Assembly (NCBI GenBank): GCA_002269645.1
Contig: NIVC01000571.1
Location: 469,212 to 533,211, forward strand
Origin: Macrostomum lignano
Taxonomy: Eukaryota
Direction of reading: 5' to 3'
DNA: 64,000 nucleotides
The notes under the pieces were generated by a model that had not been told where the DNA came from, ran no database searches, and worked only from the letters and a program-made list of their open reading frames with translations. Numbering within the stretch: the first letter of the stretch is position 1; the number at the start of each line of letters is the position of its first letter. Made by a program: the position numbers and the translations under genes. Below are positions 23,301-37,290 of this stretch, in pieces.

Positions 23301-26300
23301 AGGGCTGGCTGCGGTCTGTAAAGATCTTAGCCGGCCATGTCTGCGGCTCCGGCAAGAACGTCCTGTCGGACTACCTGGACCGCGAGATGGTCGAAGATGT
23401 AGCCGAAGACTTCGAGCCAAACGAATTAATCGAGAAATCGACAAACGATTCAGAGGAGACAGTCAATCTGACAACCATTCTGCCTCCAGAGGAGTGTGAG
23501 CACCTTGTTTTCTAATGCAGTCCTCAGAATGCACGTTTTTTATATGCTTTCGGAGCACTTTGGGTGTTCCTGCAGCCCAAGAATTATCTCAACTTGCATC
23601 TTCTATTGATACTCAGCAACATCAAAATTTCGCCATCACAGAAGATTCTGTCTGTGGTCGCCACTTTTATGAGGGCAGGTAAAGTCTCAATCTTAGCAGG
23701 TGAGGCATCTTAGCTACGCCGCGGCAGACTTAAGTTGAGAAATGAAGTAGGGGGGGGGAGCGTTGTGCGAGGATTGGACGGATCAAAGCTACCCCGATCA
23801 GTTTTCTCGTATATTTTATTTCAGAATAGTCCAAGAGAAATTGCTCACTGGCGCATAGAGTGGCGACTTTTCATTGTCGTGTTGCCGAGTGTGCATTATG
23901 ACTCAGCACAAAATGTCAACTTGTGCTCACAGTCAGTATCATCAAGACATTCAACTATCACCTGATTTTATCTTCTAGAGTTGGAAATCAAAAATATTTG
24001 TGCCATTTTTATCTGATCTCTTCACTGTGCAGTAAAGAGTTTTAAATTTTGAATGCAAGAAGAGAGAGGACGTTTCTCACCCGCAGTTTGCTCAGACAAG
24101 CGCTATCAGAATGCCATCCTGCTGCTTCCTGACTGGCTGCTCGACAAGCTCGGGCTCTCCGGCCTCAAACGGCTCATGTTCGGAGAAATCCTTTACTATC
24201 CTGAATCAGAAAGGACGCGAAAGTTTCTCAAGAAAGTAAGCCGATGAAGCAAACAAATTGAATTTTGAGAGTTGAAAACAATGCAAGCATCTTTACACCT
24301 ACAATTCAACACTCCAGCTGAACGAGACCCTTATTGCAGCGTCCTGGGCATCCTACATAGCGGAGAACTTCGTGAAGTCAACGAGTCCTCGCATCGCCAA
24401 CTTCATCACCAACAGCAGCGAGATGACGAATATGCGGGTTGGTGCGATTTTGTTTCGGGTGTTTTGAACGGTTTGGGCATTGCGCTGACTTGGCTGCCTC
24501 TGAAACAGCAAAGATTCTTTGCGTATATTAAGTTTGAATCAGCTGCAGGGGTCTTTGGGCATCCGGATGCAGCGGGGAATCATCACCGCTCATTCCGCAA
24601 ACCCTCGGCGGGAGGGGGGCCGGGTGTTTCATAAGCTCGAAATTTCATATTCTTTCCCAACCTCAAAGTTTGCCACGGTGGAAATTTCATAAGTTGCGCA
24701 CATAGCTAAGCCTCATCTAAAGGTTTCAAACGGCACATTAACATGAGCTTGTCGGCAATGGCGTGCAGCGCTTTCGATGAAACATCCAGATCGAACAGCA
24801 TTCTGGTTGAGTACGAGGGACGTCAGACTGATGGGGCGGTAGGCTTTGGCAGAGTGATGCACTCACAGTCTCCCTTCCCAGCTTTGGAAATGAAAACAAT
24901 CGTAGCCTCTTTCCGGGCCTTGGGCACGTACTGGAGGGTAATACACCTGATCTTTTGAGAACTAAGAGCTTTGACATCTCGTCAAGAGTGAGGGTCTTGA
25001 CCACGCGTGAAGTAGCGCCCTCCAGCTCCGTGCAGTATTGGTGACACTTGTCGGACTTGGCTTTCCTGCTTGCTTTTGCGTTTCTTCTTGGCTAGCAACT
25101 GAGAAACTCCTCAGTTAAGAACCTGGTAAGAGGCTGAGCCAAAAGACCATCAGTGCGGTGCTACACTGGGCTCTTGATAGACAAAGAGGCTGTCTCCAGA
25201 GGCTGGTGGGCTGGCCGCATACCCTGTTAAATTCAAAAGGCAACACCAGTCCCTTAGATCCGTAGCCAGAGGCACCTGATACGCAAAGGTACACTTCCAG
25301 GAGAACCCGCGTACCCAACATGACCAAATCAAAAGTCAAGGCCACGGATGGGTTGCCCCCCACTGGAGCCCTGTCAGTCCAGCCTCATTAAGCATATGCT
25401 GGACGCGAACCCCTAGACCGGCTTGTGAATCAGCATGGAGGAAGGTTCTCTACCCATTCTTACACCAAAACAGAGAGGGACCGTGTGTAGTACCGCAGAC
25501 CTTAGCCCGTGAGCCTGGGCTGCCTTATACTATATGGTTGTACTGCGTGTCTGCATTCGATGCGTATGCCTTCGTTTCACACATTCAGACACTGCTGAGT
25601 CACTGCCAAATTTACTACGCCGGGCAGCCCAACGGTCGCAACTGCAAGAACCTGGAGCTGTTTCTGCAACCAGATCCGCCTTCCGCTCAGTCGAATACCA
25701 GCTCTACATGGAGGACTCCCTGAATACAACGAACACACTAATGCTCAGGCTGTACTTCGCCACCGCCTGTTTCCGCCTTAGCAAGCTTCGCGGCTTCAGC
25801 ACCGAGAAGTCGCTGGAAAACCGCACCAGCTTCCTCATCGACGAACTGGAAGACTACAAGAAAGTGAACAAGTCGCTGTTCATTGCGTCTCTGCTCTTCG
25901 ACAAGCTGGCGCCGGGCTTCGTGAAGTACCGCTTAAGATTTCCAGAAAACTCCATTGACAGCACCAGGCACTTCAAAGTATTGGACAGCCATTTCAAACC
26001 AAAGCCTCGAACGAATTTTCAAACCGATTTTAAGTACTTTACATCTTTCTTCATATACATTCAGGTGAGCTTTTCTTCCATTAAGTCATTCAAGAAAAAT
26101 ATTTTCACTGGAAAAATTTGATTACTGATTTCAAACTGCATACCAGCTGCTCCCACTGAAAAAGCAACCGTGACAAGAACCGATGAAGAGTGATAGTAAA
26201 CGACTCACTAGTGACTCTAGAGACTCTGGGGTACCTGTTGGGACTTTTAAAAATGCGAGTACTTAAATGACTGTGATGTAGAGGCCACTGTTGAGTCACG

Positions 26301-29300
26301 AGAGCAACACGGGAGCTGTAACATCGTAAAAGAGTCGCAAAATTAGTATAAGAGTCGTTGTGTTAGCGCTTAACTTTCTACCTTACTTACTTACATGAAA
26401 CGAAGGTTTAACCCTGGTGCGAGGGTTTAGCCCCGCAAGTAGTCGGCAGGTTCACAGAGGAGGCATCGGCGACCTTCATCCGGCCGGTATCTCGGACCAA
26501 CTCGCGAAGATCACGGATGTTGTTCGGGGTGGTCAGCTTGCCCATCCCTGGGGGTGGCCTTTCTACTAACTCAAGCAGACTAAATACACTCAAAAAGTTA
26601 TTAAAAATCTGAAATGCACTTTTTTATTTCAAAGAGTGACTCAGATGCGCTTTAGACACAATTCAGTGACTCTACAGCGACTCTTGCACGCCTCAGGTTC
26701 GACTTTACTGCCCATCATTATAGAAGCGCCCCAGAGTCACTTGTGTCGCTCGTTTTAGAGTCACTTCTTTTCTATTTTACCTGTGTTACCTGCATCGACT
26801 CTGGGACGCGTCTTGTTTTAACTCGCAGTTCTTTTTAATTTTCTCATTTTACACCAGGAGCTGCTCGAACACGGAATTCAAGCAGAAGTTACAGGCGTGA
26901 ACGCGCCGCTCCAGACCTACTTGACAATGTTCCCATCAGTGTGCTACATGGATGACACCTTCGCCAAAGTCACCAATGCTTTCTTACCCATGCTCTTGAT
27001 TTTCACGTGGATATTCAATGTGTCCGTGCTGGTGAATGCCATTGTCTACGAGAAAGAGACCCGGCTGAAAGAGATGATGAAGATTATGGGACTGTCCGAC
27101 GGAGTGCACTGGGTCTCCTGGTTCATCACCTCATTTGCAATCATGCTGGTTTCGGGCACTCTGATAACAGTGATGCTGAAGGCTGGGCAAATAATCGGCC
27201 TCTCAAATCCTGGGCTTTTGTTCCTTTTCATCGTCTCATTCGCGGTCAGCACGATTTGTGAGGCCTTCTTCATATCGATCTTCTTCTCCAACGCAAGCGT
27301 AGCGGCCGCGGTCGCAGCCGTGGCCTACATTGTCGGCTACGTGATCTACCTGGTGGTCATACAGTTCACCAGCACCATGAGGCAAGCCCACTTCATTGTG
27401 AGCTTTCTGATTCCGCAGATTGCATTCGGCATTGGCAGCGAGATCATCAGCAACTGGGAGCTGGCCGTGATCGGACTGCAGGCCAATAACTTTTTCAGCG
27501 CGCCGCTCTGGAGTGAGGAGCTGTCATTTTTCTTGGTAAGATTTTGCTGACTGATTTGCAGGACTACGAGCTAAAATTATAGATAAAGTATTTTAGCACA
27601 GCTTTATGCAGTACAAACTGATTCTAAAATTCAACTAAAACTATGCGTCATGAAAAAGTTATGATTGAGAGTCCCCCACTGAATAATTTCTGTCTAATCA
27701 AATATTTCTATCTGTATTGTCAACTCGCCTTCAAACGACTTTAGGTGATTCTGATGCTGTGGGTCGATTCCGCCATTCTAATGCTGCTCACCTGGTACCT
27801 GGAAAAGTTATTCCCCGGCCCGTACGGAGTCCCGAAGCCGTGGTACTTTCCTTTCCTGCACTCCTTCTGGTTCGGGAACACAAGCAAACATGGTGTCAGT
27901 GACAGCAGCCTGGCATTTTCCAATGGCAAAGTAGAATCAGTCTCAGTGGATTCCAATGAAAGCAGCAAGCAGCACTTCGAAGACGAGCCCGCGAACCTGA
28001 AAGTGGGCGTTGCGATTAGGAATTTGTCGAAGATCTACCGGCCCGGTTGCTTCTCCTGCCGGAGACAAACCGAGCCTCTCACTGCTGTTGACGACCTCAG
28101 CTACAACTTCTTCGAAAATCAGATCACCTCCTTTCTGGGTCACAACGGCGCCGGTGAGTTGCAACGCTAGCTAACAGTGACAAATCTGATTTTAGTTCTC
28201 GAAGCTCTGCTGCTGCTGAACCCGATATTCATTTTCGTATGCTGATTCAAACTCAGATCTATTAAAGTTTACGTAACCTTTTGGCCACAGGAAAAAGCAC
28301 GACAATGTCGATTCTCACTGGATTGTTTCTGCCGACATCGGGCACCGCCTTCATCGGCGGGTACGACATCCGCACAGAGATGGACCAGATTCGCAGGCAC
28401 CTCGGCCTGTGTCCTCAGTACAATGTGCTGTTCGACACCCTGACGGTTGAGGACCACATCTACTTCTACGGCATGCTGAAGGGCCTCAGCAGGGCGGAGC
28501 TGAACGTACAGATTGACTTCTTGGCCGCCGATGTGGGCCTCGAAAAAAAGAGACACGAGATTTGCGGTAATCTGTCAGGCGGGATGAAGCGAAGGCTGTC
28601 TGTTGCCCTGGCATTTATAGGCGGATCGAAAGTCGTTGTTCTGGACGAACCAACTGCCGGTGAGCTCTGCGGGTGGCCTGGGTGACATTTGAAGACATTC
28701 TTCTCTCTTACAAAGCGAGAAAAAGAGAGAGCCCTGTTGACCAGAATATGCTGCAACTATAATACCGCCGCTTCATGTTGTTTCCATGAAGTTCAACAAT
28801 TTTTGTCTGTGTTTAATTATCAGAATCAGCAAAATTTCGTTATATTAACCAATAGAGTTGACTTAATTATACTTAGCCATTTTTCTTGAAGTCTTTTGTA
28901 TTGACAAAACTTTTGTGGGTTTAGACCGTCTCAGAACCAGATGAAGCGTTCCTTCGACATAAAGTATGAAATGTCTGCGTTTGGAATCCCATTCTTGAAT
29001 TCTCCATTGTACTCCATTATATTTAACTTCAGGCGTGGACCCCCACGCACGTCGCTCGATCTGGGACGTATTGGCAAAGTATCGTCAGGGCCGCACCATC
29101 ATCCTGACCACCCACCACATGGACGAGGCGGAAATTCTGGGCGACCGAATCTGCGTCATCAACAAGGGCCGTCTCGTGTGCTCAGGCTCTCCGATGTTTC
29201 TGAAGAAAGAGTTCGGTGAGGGCTACACACTGACTCTGGTGAAGGCTTCGCCAGACTGCGAGCTTGATGTAGTGCTGAATTCTGTGCAGTCTGAGGTCCC

Positions 29301-32300
29301 AGAGGCAAATCTGGCGGAGTGCACATCCAGTGAGATCAACATCAGGCTGCCATACAGCTCTGTGCCTCTATTTGCTGACCTGTTTGAAACTTTGGACGAA
29401 ATTCCCCTACAGCTGGGAATCTCTTCATACGGTATCGAGGACAGCTCCCTCGAAGAGATTTTTCTCGCTGTGACTGGGCTGCCTGATAAAAAAAAAGAGG
29501 AACTGCTCTGTAACTCCTCCGTTGTCGAGTTTCGCCCGTCTTATAGGGAAAGTGTACGACGGCGGTACTTGGAACAAGCGATGAGTAGCAATACAGAAGG
29601 CGGTGAGAGCAGCCGCAGTTCAAGAGAAAATATATCAGCAGAGTCTCAGAGTCAGCAGAAAGTACGAAGGACGCGGCGGCCTTTGTGGCAGCAAATCAAG
29701 GCGCTCTGGCTCAAGCGCTTCCACGTAATGCGTCGCTCAAAGATCGGATTCCTCGCCGAGTTTGTGCTGCCTCCAATGTTTATCCTCCTGGCCCTCGCTC
29801 TGCTCAAGATTGTGCCTAAAGTAGGTGAACATCCACCGATGGAGTTAGCGCCCTGGTACATGCTCGGCAAGCCAGAGCGATCTCGCCTCAAGGACCTATC
29901 AGTGTTCCAGAGCCGCAGCCTGACCGCCTACCCAAACAACCACAGCCTGACCGACCTGTCCAACCGGCTGATGCTGCACATGAACAGCACGGACTTCCTC
30001 GGAACTCGCTGCATGCGAGAGGATGTGTTCAGCAACCCCGACTTCCCGTGCAAGACGCAGCGACGAGGCTCTGTGTGGTCTGAGACTCCCAGCAACCTGC
30101 CCAGCAACACGTCGTGGTGTCAGTGCTCGTACAAGGACTACCCGAACAGCGCCAAGTGCGTTGACTGGCCAACGCCAGCTCGGAAGTCTCTGATGAGCTC
30201 CGACATTGTGGAGAGCATGCAGGGCTACAACCTGACAAACTACATCCAGTCGACAGTGATGGAGTACTACCGAAAGAGGTTCGGAGGCTACACGCTGTTC
30301 GTGAACGACTCGCAGCCAGTCAGTGCAGACGCGGCCCGCGCTGGAAAGGAGACTTCGTTGGTGCTAAGGCAAATGGACACGCTTATTGGCAGCAATACTT
30401 CTGACAGGTAGGCTCCTTTAATTCAGTCAGTCAGTCAGTCAGTCAGTCAGTCAGTCAGTCAGTCAGTCAGTCAGTCAGTCAGTCAGTCAGTCAGTCAGTC
30501 AGTCAGTCAGTCAGTCAGTCAGTCAGTCAGTCAGTCAGTCAGTCAGTCAGTCAGTCAGTCAGTCAGTCAGTCAGTCAGTCAGTCAGTCAGTCAGTCAGTC
30601 AGTCAGTCAGTCAGTCAGTCAGTCAGTCAGTCAGTCAGTCAGTCAGTCAGTCAGTCAGTCAGTCAGTCAGTCAGTCAGTCAGTCAGTCAGTCAGTCAGTC
30701 AGTCAGTCAGTCAGTCAGTCAGTCAGTCAGTCAGTCAGTCAGTCAGTCAGTCAGTCAGTCAGTCAGTCAGTCAGTCAGTCAGTCAGTCAGTCAGTCAGTC
30801 AGTCAGTCAGTCAGTCAGTCAGTCAGTCAGTCAGTCAGTCAGTCAGTCAGTCAGTCAGTCAGTCAGTCAGTCAGTCAGTCAGTCAGTCAGTCAGTCAGTC
30901 AGTCAGTCAGTCAGTCAGTCAGTCAGTCAGTCAGTCAGTCAGTCAGTCAGTCAGTCAGTCAGTCAGTCAGTCAGTCAGTCAGTCAGTCAGTCAGTCAGTC
31001 AGTCAGTCAGTCAGTCAGTCAGTCAGTCAGTCAGTCAGTCAGTCAGTCAGTCAGTCAGTCAGTCAGTCAGTCAGTCAGTCAGTCAGTCAGTCAGTCAGTC
31101 AGTCAGTCATCGCTAATATCTGATCCCCAATTAGGAGCACGGAGCAGCTGTACAGTTGGCTGGAGAGCAGTCGACAACAAGAAAATCTGAGCTCCATTGT
31201 GAACCAAGTCTGGTTCGACAACCGGGGCTACGTGTCCGGGCCTGCCTACCTCAACACCCTCAGCAACGTCATCATGAGGGCTCTGGCTAACAAGAGCATC
31301 GGCTCGCCTGACCAGATCGGCGTGTCCGGCTGGACTCACCCCATCACTTCTCGGCTGAAGCACGCAAAAAACGTACTTAAAAACGATGTGGCAATGTCCG
31401 CCGCGATAATTGTGTTCATTGTTTTCGCACTGTCCTTCATTCCCGCCAGCTTTGTACTCTTCCTCATCTCCGAGAGAAGTACAAATTCTAAACAAGTGCA
31501 GTTCGTGTCCGGAATTAACCCCATTCTGTACTGGGTCGTGAACCACATCTGGAACCTGTTGAACTACATGGTGCCGCTGACCATCGTAATATTCCTGTTT
31601 GTGGCATTCAAGAACTACGAGTTCGTTGGTGCGCAGACCATCGGACCGTTCCTGCTGACCATGATACTTTTCGGGTTCGCCAGTGCACCAATGATGTACC
31701 CCTTTAGCTGGGTGATGACCGTTCCGAGCAAGGCGTTCACCTTGCTGTCATGCCTGAACTTGTGCTTTGGACTCGTGACCACAATGTCAGTGACCATTGT
31801 CAGACTCATCGGTCAGCAAAACAATGACGAATCACTGCTGCACGTGGCGGGCATACTCAAGAACGCATTTCTCGTGCTGCCACATTTCTGTCTGGGCCAG
31901 TCGCTAGTCGAACTGAATGTCTTCTATCAGGTGAGAGCTCGGCCAGTCGCAGTCATGACGCATTTGCTGCTTTTATCATAACTCGTATATTGAAATTTGC
32001 TAATCCTACCATCGCTTCAGTCTGATAATCCGCGTAGCCTGTATATTTTGCCGTAGAAAGTCGTTCAAGTCGAAACTCCGGTTGCAGCAGGGAAAAGCCA
32101 CGCAGTTTACTGGGTCTGAGCCTCTGATTCGGACCAGATGGGCCCCACGATGCTTCTCCATCAGGCCCTTAGGTTCTCTGAAACTTCACCATAGCAGGCC
32201 ATAAGCAGGCTGGCCCTCTTGAGGTTTACGATAATGACTCTTCTCATGTTTTTATGTCTTCTCTTCTTCTCTCGTCCACTCATCTCCTCTTAACTTTTCT

Positions 32301-34336
32301 CTCATTCTCTCATCTATTTTCTCATTTCTTCTCTCATCTGGGCATGGCACGCAGCCTTGAGCTGCATTCTTTATTTAGACTTTGTGGTTTGCCGACCCCT
32401 TCTCAAGTTGGTCCCTACTGTCTCCATGGAGCTTGAGAAGCTCCAGAGAAACTGCGCAGAATAAATGCATAATTTTTTTCTGAGTGCCTGCTACCGGTGC
32501 TTCAAACCATTCAGAAATTAATAAAACATCTGCCTTGATCTTGGCGCAGGTATCGGTCAAGCTAGAGAAAATGAGAAGGGAAACCGGACTCAGCAGCGCA
32601 GTGTTTAAAAAAATTATCGGGGGAATCGACATCCACGACAGCGCCTGGAGCGCCTCTGGCCGATATCTGGCCTGCCTTGTGGCGCACAGTGTTGTGTACT
32701 TTGCGCTCGTGCTGCTGCTCGAGTACAACTGCTGCTGCAAGCAGGGCCTCGTGTCCTCGCGCTTCTTCCGCCTCTTCTACCGCGCCGAGTACGAGCGCGC
32801 GCTGCGGCAGCCGGAAGCAGCGGAGATCGACGATGACGTGCTCGCTGAAGCTGCCAAGGTTGACGGAGCCGGCGCCAGCTCCTACTTGCTCGAACTGCAG
32901 CGGCTCGTCAAGATTTTCAGCACCAGCTCCGGACCGAGAGCCGCCGTCAAAGGCATCAGTCTGGGAGTGAAGTCTCAGGAGTGCTTCGGCTTCTTGGGCG
33001 TCAACGGAGCTGGCAAGACGACCACGTTCAAGATGCTGACTGGTGAGTCGCTGGGAGCAGATGCTGTCCGTAGGTTCAAGAGGTCCTATCGATTTGCTTT
33101 TTCTACTTAAATGCTCAATGCATGCATTTTCACCCTCGATGCCTCGATGACCTCAGGTGACCTCACACCGACGAGTGGAGACGCTCGAGTCGGCGGCTTC
33201 TCAATCCTGACGGAGGCTCTCGAGGTGCACAAACAGCTGGGATATTGTCCCCAGTTCGATGCGCTGCTGCCACTACTGACCGGCAGGGAGACGCTGCAGC
33301 TGTACGCGAGGATTCGAGGCGTGGAGGAGGAGGACATCGACCAGCTGGTGGAGACCATCTCAAAGAGGTTCGTCACCGATCTTGCTCCTGCTCGCGTTAC
33401 TCTAATAAGTGAAACGATTGAAATAAAATTGAAATTGAATGAATGTTACCATATTACATGTAAGTGCTCTTTTGAAATGAGAAGATTGTACGCACTGCCA
33501 CCTCGACACCGCAGGGTGGGCATCGAGGCGCACCTGGACAAGACCACTCAGGAGTACAGCGGAGGCAACAAGCGCAAGCTCTCCTGCGGCATCGCGTTCA
33601 TCGGCAACCCGCCCATCGTGTTCCTGGACGAGCCAACTGCCGGCATGGACCCTGGAGCTCGCAGATTCCTTTGGCGCTGCATCCAACGCATGGTCACTGC
33701 TGGCTCGTGCGTCATTCTCACAACTCACAGCATGGAGGATTGCCAAGCGCTGTGTCACAGACTCACCATCATGGTAAGAGCAGCTCAGTGCTGGTATTGC
33801 AGCTCATGCAGCAGCCAAGCAGCTCACTTTCCCCACCATACCTTCACTAACATCTCACACAGGTGAACGGTAGACTGCAGTGCATCGGCAGTCCTCAGCA
33901 CTTGAAGAACAAGTTCGGCCAAGGGTTCACCATCTTCCTGCGCGTTCGTCAGCCGCAGTCGCAGGAGGCGACATCCGCCTCTGCCTCGGCCTCCGCCAGC
34001 GTCGATAACACGGAAGGCCAGCTGGAGAGAGCTCACGAAGCGTTCATGTCGGCCTTTCCGGACGCCGTGCTGTGCGAGAACCACGCGGCTGTGCTGCAGT
34101 ACCAGCTGAAGCAGACCGTGAGGCTCAGGACCATCTTTGAGAGCGTCCAGAGGCTCAAGGACAACGGTCTGGTGCTGGACTACAGCGTCAACCAGACCAC
34201 TCTCGACCAGGTAAACTGGTACTTCTGTCAAGAGCGAGCAACATATTTTATGGGTTTAGTTGAAATTTTAAATCTTGTTTCATTTTTCCAGGTGTTCATC
34301 AATTTCGCTAAGAATCAGTCAGAGATGGCCACATGA
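20360..34336 (+). CDS. ABCA-subfamily full transporter, paralog 1. 20 exons: 20360-20428, 21119-21345, 21409-21524, 22371-22496, 22678-22866, 23002-23082, ~23204-23494, 24087-24235, 24318-24437, 25589-26064, 26858-27535, 27745-28153, 28291-28659, 29033-30407, 31135-31930, 32550-33042, 33157-33367, 33515-33773, 33863-34210, 34292-34336. One -1 frameshift near 25712
   Basis: ABCA N-terminus ([17 protein letters not shown]), [15 protein letters not shown], Walker [10 protein letters not shown] and GVNGAGKTT, signatures LSGGMKRRL and [22 protein letters not shown] and LTTHSMED. Splice sites and phases agree with both paralogs. Confidence 0.93.
20786..21078. repeat. 24-bp minisatellite in ABCA-1 intron 1 (GCAGTGATGAGGCTGTCCCGATTC)n
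   Basis: About 12 copies. Confidence 0.93.
21540..22345. repeat. 16-bp pyrimidine-rich minisatellite filling ABCA-1 intron 3 (CTCCTGTCCCTGC[A/T]CT)n
   Basis: About 50 copies with several variant units. Confidence 0.95.
26382..26558 (-). mobile_element. Short 3' fragment of a LINE related to the 7768-9711 element, in ABCA-1 intron 10
   Basis: (GTAA)n-type tail on the minus strand. Peptide [10 protein letters not shown] matches LARYLRDTGR at the end of the first LINE. 8-bp TSD CTTTCTAC (26374-26381, 26559-26566). Confidence 0.65.
30425..31108. repeat. (AGTC)n microsatellite of about 170 units filling ABCA-1 intron 14
   Basis: Perfect tetranucleotide array. Confidence 0.99.
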
Positions 34337-34899
34337 GGGCTGGACATTCAACTCCAGTCGGAATTCTCCTGCTCAAATCTTTCGCGCGTGAAAAGATGAA
34401 ATATGACGCGAAGTTTCAGTGTTGCTTTTAGTCACTGTACATGCCAGATAAGTCAAATGAAGTCAGTTTTAGCCCTCTAGCAATAAGATTTTACTCCACT
34501 GCTGGTTCCTCTATTTACGCCCGTAGGTGCTCAAAAATGCAGAATGTTTTTAGCTACTAGTATGCAAGCAGAACATGCAGGTAGAAGTACAACAGCTGCA
34601 TTCCTAAATTAATTTTATTTTCCTGTCCTTTTGTAGCGGCTCTGTCAGCATTGATTCACAAATATATGTTACTGTGTCGCATTGTAGAGTTCATCTTCTG
34701 CCGTCCAAGTGTCTACTATGCGGTATATCAATACTTATGCTTTACGTAGTGCATGTACGAAGTGTCTCATATTGCAAGTTTGCAACGTGGTGAAGTACGC
34801 AATAAGGGTGCAGCAGGGGGTGAGTGTACAGTAGGGGTGAGTGTGCAATGTGGTGAAGTATGCAATAAGGGTGCAGCAGGGGGTGAGGTGCAGTAGTGG

Positions 34900-35958
34900 G
34901 TGAGTGTGCAGTAGGGGCTGAGTGTGCAATGGGGTGAGTGTGCAATGGGGTGAGTGTGCAATGGGGTGAGTGTGCAATGGGGTAAGTGTGCGATGGGGTG
35001 AGTGTGCAGTAGGGGCTGAGTGTGCAATGGGGTAAGTGGGCGATGGGGTGAGTGTGCAGTAGGGGCTGAGTGTGCAATGGGGTAAGTGTGCGATGGGGTG
35101 AGTGTGCAGTAGGGGCTGAGTGTGCGATGGGGTGAGTGTGCAATGGGGTGAGTGTGCAGTAGGGGCTGAGTGTGCGATGGGGTGAGTGTGCAATGGGGTG
35201 AGTGTGCAATGGGGTAAGTGTGCGATGGGGCGAGTGTGCAATGGGGTGAGTGTGCAATGGGGTAAGTGTGCAATGGGGTGAGTGTGCAATGGGGTAAGTG
35301 TGCAATGGGGTGAGTGTGCAGTTGGGGTGAGTGTGCAGTTGGGGTGAGTGTGCAATGGGGTAAGTGTGCAATGGGGTGAGTGTGCAATGGGGTGAGTGTG
35401 CAATGGGGTGAGTATGCAATGGGGTGAGTGTGCAATGGGGTGAGTGTGCAATGGGGTGAGTGTGCAATGGGGTGAGTGTGCAATGGGGTAAGTGTGCAAT
35501 GGGGTGAGTGTGCAATGGGGTGAGTATGCAATGGGGTGAGTGTGCAATGGGGTGAGTATGCAATGGGGTGAGTGTGCAATGGGGTGAGTGTGCAGTAGGG
35601 GGTGAGTGTGCAATGGGGTGAGTGTGCAATGGGGTGAGTATGCAATGGGGTGAGTGTGCAATGGGGTGAGTGTGCAATGGGGTGAGTGTGCAATGGGGTG
35701 AGTGTGCAATGGGGTAAGTGTGCAATGGGGTGAGTGTGCAATGGGGTGAGTATGCAATGGGGTGAGTGTGCAATGGGGTGAGTATGCAATGGGGTGAGTG
35801 TGCAATGGGGTGAGTGTGCAGTAGGGGGTGAGTGTGCAATGGGGTGAGTGTGCAATGGGGTGAGTATGCAATGGGGTGAGTATGCAATGGGGTGAGTGTG
35901 CAATGGGGTGAGTGTGCAATGGGGTGAGTATGCAATGGGGTGAGTGTACAATGGGGTG
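34900..35958. repeat. 16-bp G-rich minisatellite (GGGGTGAGTGTGCAAT)n
   Basis: About 65 units with GGTAAGT and GTAGGGGCTGA variants; degenerate units continue to about 34790. Confidence 0.96.
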
Positions 35959-36289
35959 AACTTCAGCGAAAAGAGCTTGAACAAAGATCAGTTGAATTCA
36001 AATTTTCACAACAATTTGGAATAGAACTTGTGACAGAGGTTTCCTTGAAAGTGGCTGATCGCGGTTTATATTGGTTGGCAAAAGAAGAACTACTGCAGGT
36101 CTCAGAATGTGCATTTAATATCACAGAAATACCTGAATAAAAAAATAAACAAAATCTAAGAAACTTATAAAAAATCGAATATTTTGATTAAGGCAATACA
36201 TTTTACAAACAAACACCTCAAAAGAATTTGCGAATGGTTTCAATTGCCATCTGAATTTGACACGGTCAAGAAAGTTAAGACAGTCAAGA

Positions 36290-37290
36290 ATGTCCGGACA
36301 GTCCCAATATTTTCCCAACAGTCCCGCTAATATCCGGACAGTCCCAATATTTTCCCAACAGTCCTGCTAATGTCCGGACAGTCCCAATATTTTCCCAACA
36401 GTCCCGCTAATGTCCGGACAGTCCCAATATTTTCCGAACAGTCCCGCTAATGTCCGGACAGTCCCAATATTTTCCGAACAGTCCTGCTAATGTCCGGACA
36501 GTCCCAATATTTTCCCAACAGTCCCGCTAATGTCCGGACAGTCCCAATATTTTCCCAACAGTCCCGCTAATGTCCGGACAGTCCCAATATTTTCCCAACA
36601 GTCCCGCTAATGTCCGGACAGTCCCAATATTTTCCGAACAGTCCTGCTAATGTCCGGACAGTCCCAATATTTTCCCAACAGTCCTGCTAATGTCCGGACA
36701 GTCCCAATATTTTCCCAACAGTCCTGCTAATGTCCGGACAGTCCCAATATTTTCCCAACAGTCCCGCTAATGTCCGGACAGTCCCAATATTTTCCCAACA
36801 GTCCCGCTAATGTCCGGACAGTCCCAATATTTTCCGAACAGTCCTGCTAATGTCCGGACAGTCCCAATATTTTCCGAACAGTTCCGCTAATGTCCGGACA
36901 GTCCCAATATTTTCCCAACAGTCCTGCTAATGTCCGGACAGTCCCAATATTTTCCCAACAGTCCCGCTAATGTCCGGACAGTCCCAATATTTTCCTAACA
37001 GTCCCGCTAATGTCCGGACAGTCCCAATATTTTCCCAACAGTCCCGCTAATGTCCGGACAGTCCCAATATTTTCCCAACAGTCCCGCTAATGTCCGGACA
37101 GTCCCAATATTTTCCCAACAGTCCCGCTAATGTCCGGACAGTCCCAATATTTTCCGAACAGTCCTGCTAATGTCCGGACAGTCCCAATATTTTCCCAACA
37201 GTCCCGCTAATGTCCGGACAGTCCCAATATTTTCCCAACAGTCCCGCTAATGTCCGGACAGTCCCAATAATATCCGGACAGTCCCAATAC
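36290..37290. repeat. 40-bp minisatellite (GGACAGTCCCAATATTTTCCCAACAGTCCCGCTAATGTCC)n
   Basis: About 25 copies. Confidence 0.97.

Noticed and set aside
26185-26800. GACTC/GAGTC-rich segment with weak inverted similarity in ABCA-1 intron 10
   Set aside because: Possibly an old MITE, but TIRs and TSD could not be defined.
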